Source of the DNA: Eledone cirrhosa
Lineage: Eukaryota
Length of the DNA stretch: 64,000 nucleotides
NCBI GenBank assembly: GCA_964016885.1
Contig: OZ024742.1
Location: 171,306,001-171,370,000, forward strand
Reading direction: 5' to 3'
The notes below the pieces were generated by a model. That model was not told the origin of the DNA and searched no databases. It saw only the letters and a program-made list of their open reading frames with translations. Positions 14,229 through 28,548 of this stretch are shown in pieces. The position numbers and the translations under genes were made by a program. Numbering within the stretch: the first letter of the stretch is position 1; every line of letters begins with the position of its first letter.

Positions 14229-15757
14229 TAAAATAACAGAAAAGTTTAAGCAAAGCATCGCTGCTTTCACCCTTAACGGGATCTTCTGAAACTAAAAAAA
14301 ATCAATCTGTGAAGGCAGAAGTAAATAATTCGAAAAACGTTGCAACCGAAGGAAAACAGGAAGACTATATTTTGGTTGCTGAAGACGTTCCCTGGCAATG
14401 AACGGAAAAAAAGCGAGGATAATACGTCGTTATGTGGATCGTAGAGAACAAATACACGCAAAGACAAAACCGCGTTTATGGTATAAATGAAGTGGTATAA
14501 GTGAAGGAAACCGAATGATTCTCGGCTTCGGAGTTACGAATGATGTAAATAAATTAGTAGAACGAAAATGACAGAGGTTATTAAAGTAATAATAATTAAA
14601 TATATACATACACACATCTATATACGTACATACACGTGCATATGCGAAAACGCATGCCATGCATGCAAAATCATGCACCTACACATAAACACGCGCACAC
14701 ATACGAACGTATACACCAGATACACATATAAAATATATGTGTGGTATGTGTATACATATAATTATATAAACGTATATAACACTCGCACACACACATACCT
14801 ACAGGTAAATACACATATGTTCACCAAACGTACATATATCAAAACTCAATGTAAACATATACACATCATACATACGTGCAAACACGCACACACGCATACA
14901 CACACAAAAACGAAATACACATAACCATATAGACACATACCAATATATATAATATATATACCTATAACAAATGCAAGCATATATACGTACGAAAAAATAT
15001 ACGTAACTCCACAAAACATACAAATAAGTAATGGTATAAACATAAAATATACTTAGCTACCACCCGTGAGGGTATAATGTGGGGCTGTAATACAGGAAAA
15101 TGTTATGCAGTTTGTGTTTACAAGCCGAAATTGCCTCAGAATTTTTGTTTAAGATGTGATCATTGGCGTAGAGTAGTTCCAGGCTTCAGCGGCGAAAAGA
15201 TCGCATGGTCTTTTATTTCCGTTATACGATCTAGCTTTAGCTAGGATCGCCCGGTGAAACCTATATTGGGTGTGGTTGTCTTTTAGATATAACCTGAAAG
15301 TGACGTCATATTCCTTCTTAAAGGGTTAAGAAAAGAATGGGTGTGCATGTTAAGACACTGCTTGAATCTATTGGCGGTTAACCCTATGTAGGCCCTACTT
15401 GACGTGGGCGTTTCGACTTTACATTTGTAGACAATGTTCCTGGAGAGGCATTTCCCGGATAGAGGGCAGTCAATCCGATTCCTACAATTAGAGTTAGTAC
15501 TAGCTACAGGGTTGCACAGGTTACTACGGCTAGGTAATTTAGCTAAAGTTGAAGCAGTGATGTTATGTTCAAAGTTAGGAGTCGTGGAGTAAGATATTTT
15601 AATGTTATTTCTATTAAAAGAAGTTTTATTATATTTATGTGCCGAGGGGAAATGCTTCTTAATAAGGCAGAGAAAGATCTTAGCTAATGGTGTGGCCACC
15701 TCCATATTATATGGTGGGTTATACCATATAATGCGTCGGGATCTATTTTTCCTAGGT
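14222..15757 (-). mobile_element. Penelope-like element, Naiad-type 3' part: decayed GIY-YIG ORF end, 3' UTR, hammerhead, AATAAA and (TA)n
   Basis: RRIIWYNPPY..HFP..FNRNNIKISYS; NCR....CPLSGKCL..NIVYKC.V......YIGLT; frameshifted CDL...LNKNSEAISACKH; CAGAAGA hammerhead at about 14243-14293. Confidence 0.8.
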
Positions 15758-15775
15758 GAATATATATATATATAA

Positions 15776-15956
15776 TAGTAGAACAGTGGAGGGTTATATC
15801 CGTAGTAGTAAAACACTCAGTCCCTGGGACGAGTTTGGTAGAAGTATTTCCAAAACAGTTAGTTCACCATTACCGAGGACAATTGTTTCACCTTATTCGG
15901 ATAAGATGAAACAATTGTTCTCGGTAATGCTGAACTAACTGTTGTGGAACTACTTA
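15776..15956. mobile_element. Fold-back two-arm insert with hammerhead 3' half (GAAAC-AATT-GTC) between (TA)n tracts
   Basis: 15842-15897 is inverted at 15900-15955; the minus arm continues to 15776. Confidence 0.75.
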
Positions 15957-15966
15957 TATATATATA

Positions 15967-16197
15967 AAGTAATAATAATAAATTTGAAGACTAATATCCA
16001 AAGAGGGCTCGATAAGGGTTAATATATATCAAATATATAAGAACCGTAGAGCAAATATTTATTAAAATAACATTAAAGTTTAAGCAAATAATCTCTGCTT
16101 TCACTCTTAACGGGATCTTCTGAAAATCAGAAGATCCCGTTAAGGGTGAAAGCAGCGATTCTTTGCTTAAACTTTAATCCGTTTTTTTTTAAATAAA
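15967..16197. mobile_element. Two-arm insert of the CAGAAGA-hammerhead PLE 3' end
   Basis: Minus arm 15967-16125 and plus arm 16127-16197; homologous to the copies at 14222, 30060, 56185 and 57361. Confidence 0.85.
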
Positions 16198-16208
16198 TAA
16201 ATAAATAT

Positions 16209-16354
<146 letters not shown>

Positions 16355-16429
16355 GTATATTTAAGGCATTCTATATGTGTATGAGTGTATGATTGTAGAT
16401 ATATATGTGCATATATGTATACAATACAT

Positions 16430-17025
16430 ATCTATCTATCTATCTAAGGCGGGTAAAATTCCCGAGATCCATGGACGAGTTCTCTCCAGCGGTCTCTGTC
16501 CCTTATTATCGCTGCCATATCCTGCATCTCCAACAGACCAGTGTCTGTCCTTAGGGCATCAACATATGTTAACCTTGGTCTTCCTCTTCTAGTGTGTCCA
16601 TGTAGGGGCTCCCAAAGGAGAACTGAGTGCAATGTCAACTCTGGATGTCGGTGAGCATGTCCAGCCAACCTCAGTCTCCTCTGAGTCACTTTTGAGCTGA
16701 CTTTTGGGATGCTCCCATACAGCTCTGAGATTTTCATCCTCAGTGTATACTGATTAATGTTCAGAGCCATCCTCAGCATTCTCGTGTAGCACCCATCCAC
16801 CATCTGAGTGAGTCTCTTGGTCAGTGTCCAAGTCTCAGACCCATACTAATGTAGGCGGGAAGCGGCTGGAATTGGTTGAGGACTTCCTGTATTTGGGAGC
16901 AAAGATTGGGAATACGGAAGATGATGTGGTTGAGAGGAAGAGCAAGGCCTGGGCGGCGTGTCACAGCTTGAGATCGGTGTGGAAGTCGGACCTTCGCAGA
17001 GACCTGAAAATCCGCCTCTTCATTA
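16430..17025 (-). mobile_element. RTE-clade LINE 3' end with a 5' inversion (twin priming) and GATA tail
   Basis: Minus 16846-16441 gives YGSETWTLT..DGCYTRMLR..RRLRLAGH..RGRP; plus 16847-17025 gives VEDFLYLGA..KAWAACHSL..WKS..LKIRLF, the RT segment that normally lies just upstream. Confidence 0.85.
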
Positions 17026-17918
17026 CAATACATATATATGTACATATATTCATATATACATATATACGCACACAAATATATAAATGAAAAATAACAAAAG
17101 AAGAAGATACTGCTAATAGTATATAAAAAATTAATTATATATATATTTAAAAGGGTTCTTGCAAATTGAGTCATGATTATCTCATTTGTTTTTTAACCAA
17201 CCAGTTTCCGCTATCGTAAGATTTTCAAACCATGATTTCCAAGTTATTTTAAACTCATATCTTTATATGCCACTCAATTCTATTCTATGACAAGAGACTT
17301 AACTGATGATATCCTTAATATCGCTTATTTTATAATGGCAAATAATGCGATGCCTGGGTAATAGAAATGGGATTCGGTAACAAGCTCAACCAGTTCAAAT
17401 TCGGTTTGTATTTCGTTATATAATACAGTCTTTCAATGGCCGGTTGCTTGTCCATTGCTAAATCATAGAATGGGAAATGTCGAAATTTGTCAAGGATCAA
17501 CTTTTTCCAGCATATTCATACATAACGCAATGTTTTACAAACACCATATAGAATATTATGTTTCATCACCAAAATGCAGGAAAGTTATAGTTATGGAATT
17601 CATGTATAAAGCTAGCTGAACACACAAGCCGAAACAGCTTGGCGCCGTCGTCGGGATTTTACATCTCTCTCTCTCTTTCTCTCTTTTATATATATATATA
17701 TATATATATGGTTAGAAAAATTTGTAGATGGAAGATCAAGGAAAACAGTGCTCAATCTGTTGCAATAGAGCACTTAATATGTATGCACTACTATTGGTTT
17801 AGCGGTTCAGTTATGCAGTTATGGCAACTACTATATATTGGTGAAGGCATTTTTAAACTGCTACCCCCCCCCCCCCCCCCCCCCACACACACACATGCAC
17901 ACACACACACACACACAT

Positions 17919-17967
<49 letters not shown>

Positions 17968-18184
17968 AAAAAGAGAGTTTCATGATTTTCAACAGTCAAG
18001 TGAGATACAGAAATATGTGGCAAAGGCGACTTGTATATATATATATATTAGAAAGTGAGGTTTTTTTTACAAAATGAAAAAGAATCGAGGTGTCCTACAC
18101 GATTGAAAGTATAAAGAAAAAAAGATGAAATCGAAAATGCAACTGGAGTCTTGTTTTTAAAAAAAATATATATATTTATTTGGT

Positions 18185-18224
18185 TCCTTTACCGGTTTCG
18201 CAGTTCTTCTGCTTTTCAAAAGTA
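18185..18224 (-). ncRNA. Minimal hammerhead motif, U3-A8 variant
   Basis: TACTT-TTGAAAA-GCAG(aagaa)CTGC-GAAACCGGTA-AAGGA, followed by AATAAA and (TA)n. Confidence 0.65.
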
Positions 18225-18258
18225 GAGTTGAGATGGAGGGTCTGTGGTTTTTCTCACA

Positions 18259-18956
<698 letters not shown>

Positions 18957-18966
18957 TATATATATT

Positions 18967-19021
<55 letters not shown>

Positions 19022-19028
<7 letters not shown>

Positions 19029-19430
19029 AAGTTATATTTAAAATTGTTGGGTTACAACTAGTAAATATTTATAACTGATATAAAAGCACTCGACAAATAT
19101 TTGGAGTATATTTACAATATTAAATAAATGGAAAACTATATTTATAAAACCATATTTATTTCATTATATATATTTCGGGGATATCATATTAACAATATGC
19201 TATGCCTTCATCAGACAAAATACAATATAAACAGTTTTAAACTTTAGCGTAAACCTCTCCAAATGAAGTTGATGTTTATTACGGTATGTCGAATATATTT
19301 ATCTATAAAACTGTTTATATTGTATTTTGTCTGATGAAGGCATAGCATATTGTTAATATGATATCCCCGAAATATATATAATGAAATAAATATGGTTTTA
19401 TAAATATAGTTTTCCATTTATTTAATATTA
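19022..19430. mobile_element. Two-arm PLE-like insert with hammerheads at 19158-19221 (minus) and 19324-19387 (plus)
   Basis: ATTTTGT-CTGATGA-AGG..CATATT(gtt)AATATG..CCC-GAAA-TATATA-TA-ATGAAAT; arms 19116-19238 and 19307-19430. Confidence 0.85.
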
Positions 19431-19781
19431 TATATATATATATATATATAAGATGAGAGCAAGAGTGCAATTGAGAGGACAAAGTCAGTGAAACAGGGAG
19501 ATCTAGTGAAAGAGAAAAAAAGATAGACACGCTTAGCAGAGGACGGTTGTAAATATTTGCCAACCCTCCGTTTCCTCTTGCATTTACATTCCATGAATTC
19601 TAGATAAAATACTTTGAAAGTTGTTGTCATAATGATTTCGGGGGTTAGAGATAGGCAAATAGAGAAATGTAGCGTTAATTCTTTTTACGTTTAGGTATAT
19701 TTTCCGAGAACTCATTGTTGATAGTGCATTTCATGATTCAACAATTTCAATGTATTATAACGAAGACATTACATGCATAAA

Positions 19782-19932
<151 letters not shown>

Positions 19933-19934
19933 TG

Positions 19935-19979
<45 letters not shown>

Positions 19980-20104
19980 ACAAACATACACAACATCCCC
20001 CCTCACACACAGACTCATATACATACATATATAATATATATAATATGATGTATATATAGAAATAAATATGTATGTATCAGTGAATGTGCGTATGCGACTA
20101 TGTT

Positions 20105-20188
<84 letters not shown>

Positions 20189-20233
20189 AATATGTATGTT
20201 TGAGTGTATGTGCGTATGCAATATGTTTCTATA

Positions 20234-20324
<91 letters not shown>

Positions 20325-20367
20325 ATGTATAATATATATATATATATACACAAGTACACATTCATAC

Positions 20368-20411
<44 letters not shown>

Positions 20412-20428
20412 ATATATATATATATATA

Positions 20429-20462
<34 letters not shown>

Positions 20463-20724
20463 CGTGTGTGGATATATGTATACTCTGAACGCTGTATATG
20501 ATGATATTATTTACAATTTTGCGATGAAATTATCTGTGAGAGATAATACAGCTATATGTAGCAATCGTCCAACACGCTCTATCAACACCTCCAATGTAAG
20601 GAAATTCTATGTAAAACCCATGCCCCCTTAGACTAGCTCAATATATACGTTAGTGATCTATATAATACATAGTGACATGTTACTACATAAACAAAGTTTT
20701 AGTCCATATATATATATATATTAT

Positions 20725-20765
<41 letters not shown>

Positions 20766-20823
20766 AACATATTGCATACGCACATACACTCATACATACA
20801 TATTTCTCTCTCTCTATATATAT

Positions 20824-20906
<83 letters not shown>

Positions 20907-21007
20907 TATATAGATAGATAAATATACATATACAAATGTATATATGTGTAGATACACACACACGCACACACATACACACACACACGTACACACACACACA
21001 CACACAT

Positions 21008-21039
<32 letters not shown>

Positions 21040-21874
21040 GTATAATATAGATACATCCATGCATATGTCAATTTCTCACGCACACATTACGGATAAATAG
21101 ATATTACCTGGGGAACGTACATCACACCGGATTATATTATCTGGCGGAGGAAGATATGACTCGATTGTAATATCACACATAAAAGTGTTATTATAGGGAA
21201 AAAAATATTACTGCGCGTAAACATGTTATCACGTTCCACTGTTATGGCTGAAAACTTCATATCTGGATGTTTAGTTCAAACGCCCTTGAGAATTTGCCAA
21301 ATATTCATTGTTTTTTTTTATTCTCAATGGTATATATTATACCAAATAACCGGAGATATCTAATCTTGGAACTATACTGTTTAGTATTATGCTCATACGT
21401 AAATATATTCATGCATATATACATGCATACATATGTATATATACATTTACATATAAGTGTGTGCGTGTGTAGAGAGAAGGGAGAGAGAGAGAAAGAGAGA
21501 AATTACTTCTACAGGTCTTAAACCGTTTTATTCGTATAAAATCATGAGGACTGAAACAGTTCTAATCTTGTAGAAGCTGTTTCAACAATTTCAAAGTTAC
21601 CATAGAACGCAAATATCTTACCAACGTATTTAGTACCTTTTGAAAATTAATTTAGTACCATTCACCCCATAATCAATATATATATTTATATGTGTGTGTG
21701 TGTGTGGGGGGGGGGGGGTATGGATGTGTGTGTGTGTGTGTGTGTGTGAGTTAAATTGTGGGCAACCACAATTTAACTCAGGATCTAAGTACCATAAGGT
21801 ACTCAAAATATTAGTAGAATGTAAACATCAATATTTAATATAAAAATAGCTTCTACTCCTGTAGAAATCATTTC

Positions 21875-21915
<41 letters not shown>

Positions 21916-21934
21916 ATAAGGGCTTTATTTTAAG

Positions 21935-22044
21935 TACTGACAATTTGTTTCGTTGATCATGTGGGTCTAGATTTCGCTAATCGTTTGATGTTGCGTTATT
22001 CGATCTCCAATACATTATTCACCTATGGTCAACACATCAGAGTA
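21935..22044 (-). ncRNA. Hammerhead-like motif with long stem II and an A9U change, followed by AATAAA
   Basis: TACT-CTGATGT-GTTGA..(long)..TCAAC-GAAAC-AAATT-GTC-AGTA. Confidence 0.55.
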
Positions 22045-23139
22045 TGTAGATATGAAAATAATTCACTCGAGGCAAGACTTATATAGAATAATTAAAATAA
22101 TTAAAACAATAACATCAATAATAAAATAGCGTATAATCTAAACAATAAAAACACACACACCTGTTAGTTTTCACTTCGATTTATTATAAATTTCAAAGAA
22201 TCCCCTGCACTGATAGGAAATGCTTAGACTGAAATCTAAACTAGAAACGTAGTATATAGCATAAGATGTACTGAGAGACAGCGTAGGAATACATAGGTGA
22301 AACAGCCCGTAGCATTGGAGAAAGGATAAGTGAACACTGGCGAGAACTCTAGGATGGGAAAAATGGATCAGTACTCCACCAACATGCCAAAATAGAACAT
22401 AAGAGCACATTAGAGAACATAGAGATAAAACTTATATATACACACACAGAAAAGATTCATACTCGGAAAAATTACAGAGGCGGCAAACATAAACGAACTC
22501 CGACCAAAATTAAACAGAAAACATGAAGACATACAGACACACACAAAAACCCAACTAACAAAACAAATCACACACACAGATATAACAAACAACCAATTAG
22601 AGACAAGTAAATAAACATATAAATAAATAAATTAAAACCCACTCACACATACCCGGATTTAATGCATGCGCAAACTCAGCACACAACACACAACACACAA
22701 AAACAAGATAGTGTAGAACAGAACATAGGAGAGACAAAAAATAGAAACCCTGTCACTGAGGAGGTCACAGAATGTGGGAAAAAAGAGCTTTGACAATATA
22801 TAAACAATCATCTGGTTATCGCACCAACCAACCAACCAGCCAACCGGAAAATTATAATAAATTGAAATGGTAACCAGCAGCGGCGTGTGTTATTATGGAA
22901 GAATGATCCTCCCAAAATATAACAAGTTCTATCGTTACTTTGGTATATTACTGTGTGTTAGATTTTGCCTACCACAATGTTCGATTTGTCAAGCTATTTA
23001 AACGTATGTTATTACTCTAAGGACCTAACTTATCGAGTGCTTTGCTAACTAATCATTTCATATAAGTAGGCCGAATTTGCTTGCAAACCGTCAGAGATTC
23101 GATTTTACTAAATTTCCAATTATATATATATATATATGA

Positions 23140-23381
23140 TCATGGTTTATTTTTATTTTTATCTTTATTTTTTATTTTTTCATTCGCACCGTTTCCTTTC
23201 GCTATATGTCTCTCCACCACTCCCCTACACACCCTTTGAACTCTGTTCCCACACACTTCCCACCTGAGGAAGGGCTTATGCCCGAAACGTCGTCCCCCAC
23301 CAACACCCCACTCTCCAGAGCGTGAAATTAATAAACGTTCGTTGTACTGCCTCTCTGTTTTGTCCCTGTTCAAATTTTTCC

Positions 23382-23382
<1 letters not shown>
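23140..23382 (+). mobile_element. PLE-like pseudo-LTR remnant with a partial hammerhead (23264-23293)
   Basis: CTGAGGA-aGGGC(ttat)GCCC-GAAACGTC then AATAAA, flanked by (TA)n; stem I is only 2 bp. Confidence 0.5.
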
Positions 23383-23426
<44 letters not shown>

Positions 23427-24087
23427 AAGTGAGTCCTTCATCAGTGACCCTCCAACCGTCCTCGGCATTTCATCGCTTTAAGGGCCATATGCCTCAGGTT
23501 GGTGCGAACAACGGCTAAAAAAAGTCGTTGGGACACGTAAATAAAGGGGGACGCTAGAGTAACAACAAAAAGGGTTTAAGCAACGGAAAGTGAGTAGAAA
23601 TAGACAAGTCCCAGATCTCATATATAACAGAAATGGTTTCTACAGGAGTCCTGTTCGTGAGACGAATACCCTAATCGCTAAGCCACGTGTCTGTACATAT
23701 GTACATATATATATACGTACAAATATGACATGCCATTTATCAGATTGACCCTAGAAAATATTGTTTCCTGGGGTTATCCAGTTGCTGGTATTATCTTCTG
23801 ATCGCATATCCGGGCAGAAAGGAGGGATTTCAACTCAGAATGTACAAAACCAGATCTGGTGCCTCAAATCATCACATCAAAATATTTATCCATTCCGTGA
23901 ATTTAACATCTGGGGATTGATTCTTTATTTAGCAATCCCGGATATGTGTGACTCAAAGTTGTTTTGTGGTGATATCATAACTTGGAATGCAATGAGACAA
24001 GAAATACTAACGCACTTAATCCAATGCTCTACCGACTTTTCTAATTCGTATACATACATGTACACATGCATACATACATACATACAT

Positions 24088-24325
24088 ACATGGTGGCTGC
24101 CAACTCGTTTTCGAGTACGGCCACTACTTTATATCCATGTAGGAGAACCCCTACCGATGCGCTGAACGAGTGACTTTTTAGTCCAGCCAGCGACTTGAAA
24201 ACTCTGGCACAAACACTACACTTGTGACAATTATTGACACATAGTGCTGGGCCCATGGTACCATGTGACGACAAGGGCAGAGAGATCTCCAGATACAAAA
24301 CAATGCCTGTGCCGTGAAGCTTTTA
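24088..24325 (-). mobile_element. 3' half of the bipartite RTE-derived element, in (CATA)n
   Basis: Reverse complement of 52440-52676; encodes CSVCARVFKSLAGLKSH. Confidence 0.85.
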
Positions 24326-25201
24326 TACATACATACATACATGAAATATTGCTGTCACCAAATTTATCACAACCGGTCTGATATTGTTACTTGGGGCTAA
24401 AGATCGAAAACCTGTTCAGCTGTAGAAGTCAACTGCCAACTCTAACTTATAGCAGGTAACATACAACAGAAGGATATCTACGAACCATTGATACCAAATT
24501 TACATATCCAGTTTCTTACCTATTATAATTGGAGCTATAGGATATATACCAACCTACCTGGTCAAAGCAAAAGACAAGATAAAATCAATTGGATGGTCAT
24601 GGTCAGATTGTTTTTGATGTAGGGTCCGCGTAAATGTTATCGCATTCATAACAATTTAAATTCAATTCTTTTTATTTTACATATATTTTATTTTTTCGTT
24701 TTAGTCAATAGTCTGCGGCCATGCTGGGGAAAATTCACAACCAATAAAATTTTCTAATTCAATTGTGCAGTTTTAGTAAGAGTTATAAATTAAAAACAAA
24801 ACAAAACAAAACAAATACACCAATAAAATGTTTGGCTCTCTCAGACACTTTAAGATTGGCACCTACATTAACGCTAAAAATGAATTAATCTTGGCACTGA
24901 CATCTTAATGATAATTCCAAAGATATTAACCTAAGCTATAATAAGACACTAAAGCTCACACCTCAGGTTTATAAAATATCTGTCTCCGCCAGAAATAATG
25001 GATAGAATTTCATAAAACAGCCTGTAGCAAACTGAAAGTATTTCTTCAACTAAGTATATCACATCCTTGTTTGGATTTTATCACATAATCCCAAAACTAC
25101 GTAAAGACTGATTGTCATTTGAAATCTCGACTTGAAAGCAATAACAGATATTGCCGAAATACACGCACGCGGACATACACACACATGCACACACACACAC
25201 G

Positions 25202-25280
<79 letters not shown>

Positions 25281-25282
25281 TT

Positions 25283-25332
<50 letters not shown>

Positions 25333-25366
25333 TATACATATATATATGTACACACACACGCATATA

Positions 25367-25626
25367 TCTATATATCTAAAACAGAGAATGTCTGTCTGTT
25401 TGTCTGTCTGTCTGGCTCCCTAAAACTCGAGACCAACCAATCGATTGTTTTCAAACTTTACACATGTAATACTTATGTAATACACACGTAATACTTATTT
25501 TTCCATACACAATAACGAAATATAAACAAACGTATTTATTTCCCGAGGCTCGATAAGGATAAATTGATATATAAAAAAATAAGAACCCTAGAGCAAATCC
25601 CGAGCAACGCCGGGCGATTCTGCTAG
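25367..25626 (+). mobile_element. Non-autonomous Helitron
   Basis: A|TCTATATATCT 5' end, (TGTC)n tract, subterminal hairpin CCCGAGC-AAC-GCCGGG, 3' CTAG|T, no target-site duplication. Confidence 0.75.
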
Positions 25627-25638
25627 TATATATATATA

Positions 25639-25813
25639 TGAAACATGGAAAAGGATGACTTCACTGGCAGTTCTAAACAATTTAATATTTTTTTATATTA
25701 TAATTTTACAATTTAAAAATTGTAAAATTATAATATAAAATTTAATTGTTTAGAAGTGGTCATTCTTTTCCTTGTCTCAAATATACCTAACTGTACCAAG
25801 GATTTCACACATT

Positions 25814-25820
<7 letters not shown>
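25639..25820. mobile_element. Fold-back two-arm insert between (TA)n tracts
   Basis: 25639-25714 is inverted at 25717-25779; the plus arm continues to 25820. Confidence 0.65.
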
Positions 25821-25840
<20 letters not shown>

Positions 25841-25844
<4 letters not shown>

Positions 25845-27053
25845 TAATATTAATAAGAGGTATTCCAAATTTGTCTGATTTACTCGTTTTATTTACAATC
25901 CTTTAAAATTTATAATGGTATTATAATGAAATAGTATGATAGAATATTAAATTCTAAGTGTTAATTGAACAAGTACTTTCATGCTTTCGCAATCTTCAGT
26001 TTCATAATATGTGGTGACAGTAAAGTTTGCAATTTTCAACTGTAATGAGATGGGTAAATTTTCTACATTATATACAGTGAAAAGTGGCTCCAGAATGCTA
26101 AATCTTGCAAACTGTCTCTCCAATTCACAAAAGAGATGAGTAGGACCAAATTACTATTCCTAGATATAATGATAATCAAAAACGACACCACCATTACCAC
26201 GGATATATATTATAAACACACAGACACCCATCAATATCTGCCTAGCCAGAAGAATTTGTACCATTGTAGAAGATACGAATACCAGGTACAAACGGCTAAC
26301 AGTACTAAGAGAATTTTTTCCTCAAACAAAAATACCCATCTCTACTTATAGAAAATGGCATACAGCGGGCTATAAAAATACCTATACAACAACTTAGGAC
26401 AACCCAAGGAAGAAGAAACCAAGAACTGGTCATACCATTTATAATGACACACAACCCATGTCACCAGAATATCTTCAACACTGCCAAAGCAAACCTACCG
26501 ATCATTGCTCAAAGTAATGAATTAAAAGGCTTAATCACAGATCGATCTTTGACTCTTAGTAAAGACAGCCAAAAACAATTTGAAGCAATTACTAACAAAA
26601 GCAAAGTTTGACCTTAACAACAAAGACCAATCATTCACTGTATCTAAATGCAATGATAGTCGATGTGGCACATGTCATTCCATACAACGCCGGTCAATAT
26701 ATGAAAACAAAAACTGGAAAAATATTCCCAAATGCAAATATGAACTGCAAAAGCAGAAATCTAATTTACTGCATTAAATGCCCGAATTGTGAAGAACTAT
26801 ATGTCGGTCAAACTGGAAATGCACTATCGGAACGCAGAGACCCAAATGTCTGTCAGATACCCCTAAGTAACCATCTAGCAACATGTGGTCAGGGAATATT
26901 TATAATATTCCCATTCTACAAATTACACAGCCCAAGTGAAATCAAGAGAAAAATCAAAGAAAATAATTTTATTGATAAATTCAAACCCAAGCTAAATGAA
27001 CAATAATAACGCTTAGGGGTATTACTTCTACTATGACTATGACTACGACCACT

Positions 27054-27089
<36 letters not shown>

Positions 27090-27545
27090 AATAATAATAA
27101 TAAAAGTGATGTTAATGGTGATAATTACTAGAAAATGCTATTTTCATCATTTCTAAAAATAGCAAAACAATTGATGCTTTGGATATGATTAATTATTGGT
27201 CGTTAGACATGCTCAACCAGCCGTGACGCTTAGACCAATCAGCTTTAGTAATTCAGTGAAACTACACACTGACTGGTCGAAATACAGTTTGCAAGATTTA
27301 GCATTCTGGAGCCACTTTTCACTGTATATAATGTAGAAAATTTACCCATCTCATTACAGTTGAAAATTGCAAACTTGACTGTCACCACATATTATGAACC
27401 TGAATATTGCGAAAGCATGAAAGTACTTAGAATTTAATATTCTATCATACTATTTCATTATAATACCATTATAAATTTTAAAGGATTGTAAATAAAACGA
27501 GTAAATCAGACAAATTTGGAATTCCTCTTATTAATATTAATATAA
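25841..27545 (+). mobile_element. Penelope-like element (Neptune-type), 5'-truncated and decayed, with an inverted 5' pseudo-LTR
   Basis: RT end LQFT.E....LLFLD..TDIYYKHTDTHQYL; KCNDSRCGTC; GIY-YIG NCKSRNLIYCIKCPNCEELYVGQT..KPKLN; 25841-26115 is the reverse complement of 27284-27543; hammerheads at 25966-26004 (minus) and 27395-27428 (plus, decayed). Confidence 0.9.
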
Positions 27546-27575
27546 TCCTCTATACACAATCATACAGACCCGTGT

Positions 27576-27842
<267 letters not shown>

Positions 27843-28275
27843 ATTCATGTATACATCGTTATTTCAGAGCACCAATACTAATATATAAATATATATATAT
27901 ATGAGAGTATTGAAGTTTGCTTGAAGCATTGTGGAACAATAAGTAAATATTTATAAGTCGTTTGGAAGCCTCGACAATGCAAATGGGTAAATCTCCGGGT
28001 AACAAGGTCCGGTGGTGGAGAGAGAGATATGTAAGTGGGTGTACGTTGAGATGCGTGGTGTGTATAAGATGTGTGAGATGAGTAGAATGAAGGGAAGAGT
28101 AAAAGAATAAAAATAATAATAACAACACAAGAGAGAGAGAGAGAGTTACATTGGGAGAGAATTGAATAGTCCCTATATATTTCGGATTCACATCCATCAA
28201 CTGGGTTCTTTTCCGGGGTGGGGGAAAAGGTTGTCTGTCGGACAACTCGGAACGCGTCTTTCGCTGTTTGTTGAT

Positions 28276-28321
<46 letters not shown>

Positions 28322-28324
<3 letters not shown>

Positions 28325-28511
28325 AACGAGTAGGACCCCGACGGCTGAGCTCAAGCCGTTTCGACCGCTAATTGCGTCCAGAATTAGCCGTCGAAACGGC
28401 TTGAGCTCAGCCGTCGAGGTCCTACTCGTTCCTATAACCCACTCTACTACCCTAAGTATTGAGTACTTTGGTGCGTTATGGTCCACCTGGTTCCTTACCA
28501 CATTTCCTTCG

Positions 28512-28514
<3 letters not shown>
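28322..28514. mobile_element. GACGGCT family fold-back insert in (TA)n
   Basis: Short minus arm 28322-28373 and long plus arm 28374-28514; same family as 29642 and 47231. Confidence 0.85.

Positions 28515-28548
<34 letters not shown>

Noticed and set aside
15283-15816. Selenocysteine recoding, as reported for some Naiad PLEs
   Set aside because: There is no in-frame TGA at the cysteine positions of this fragment and no SECIS was identified; the interruptions look like ordinary decay.
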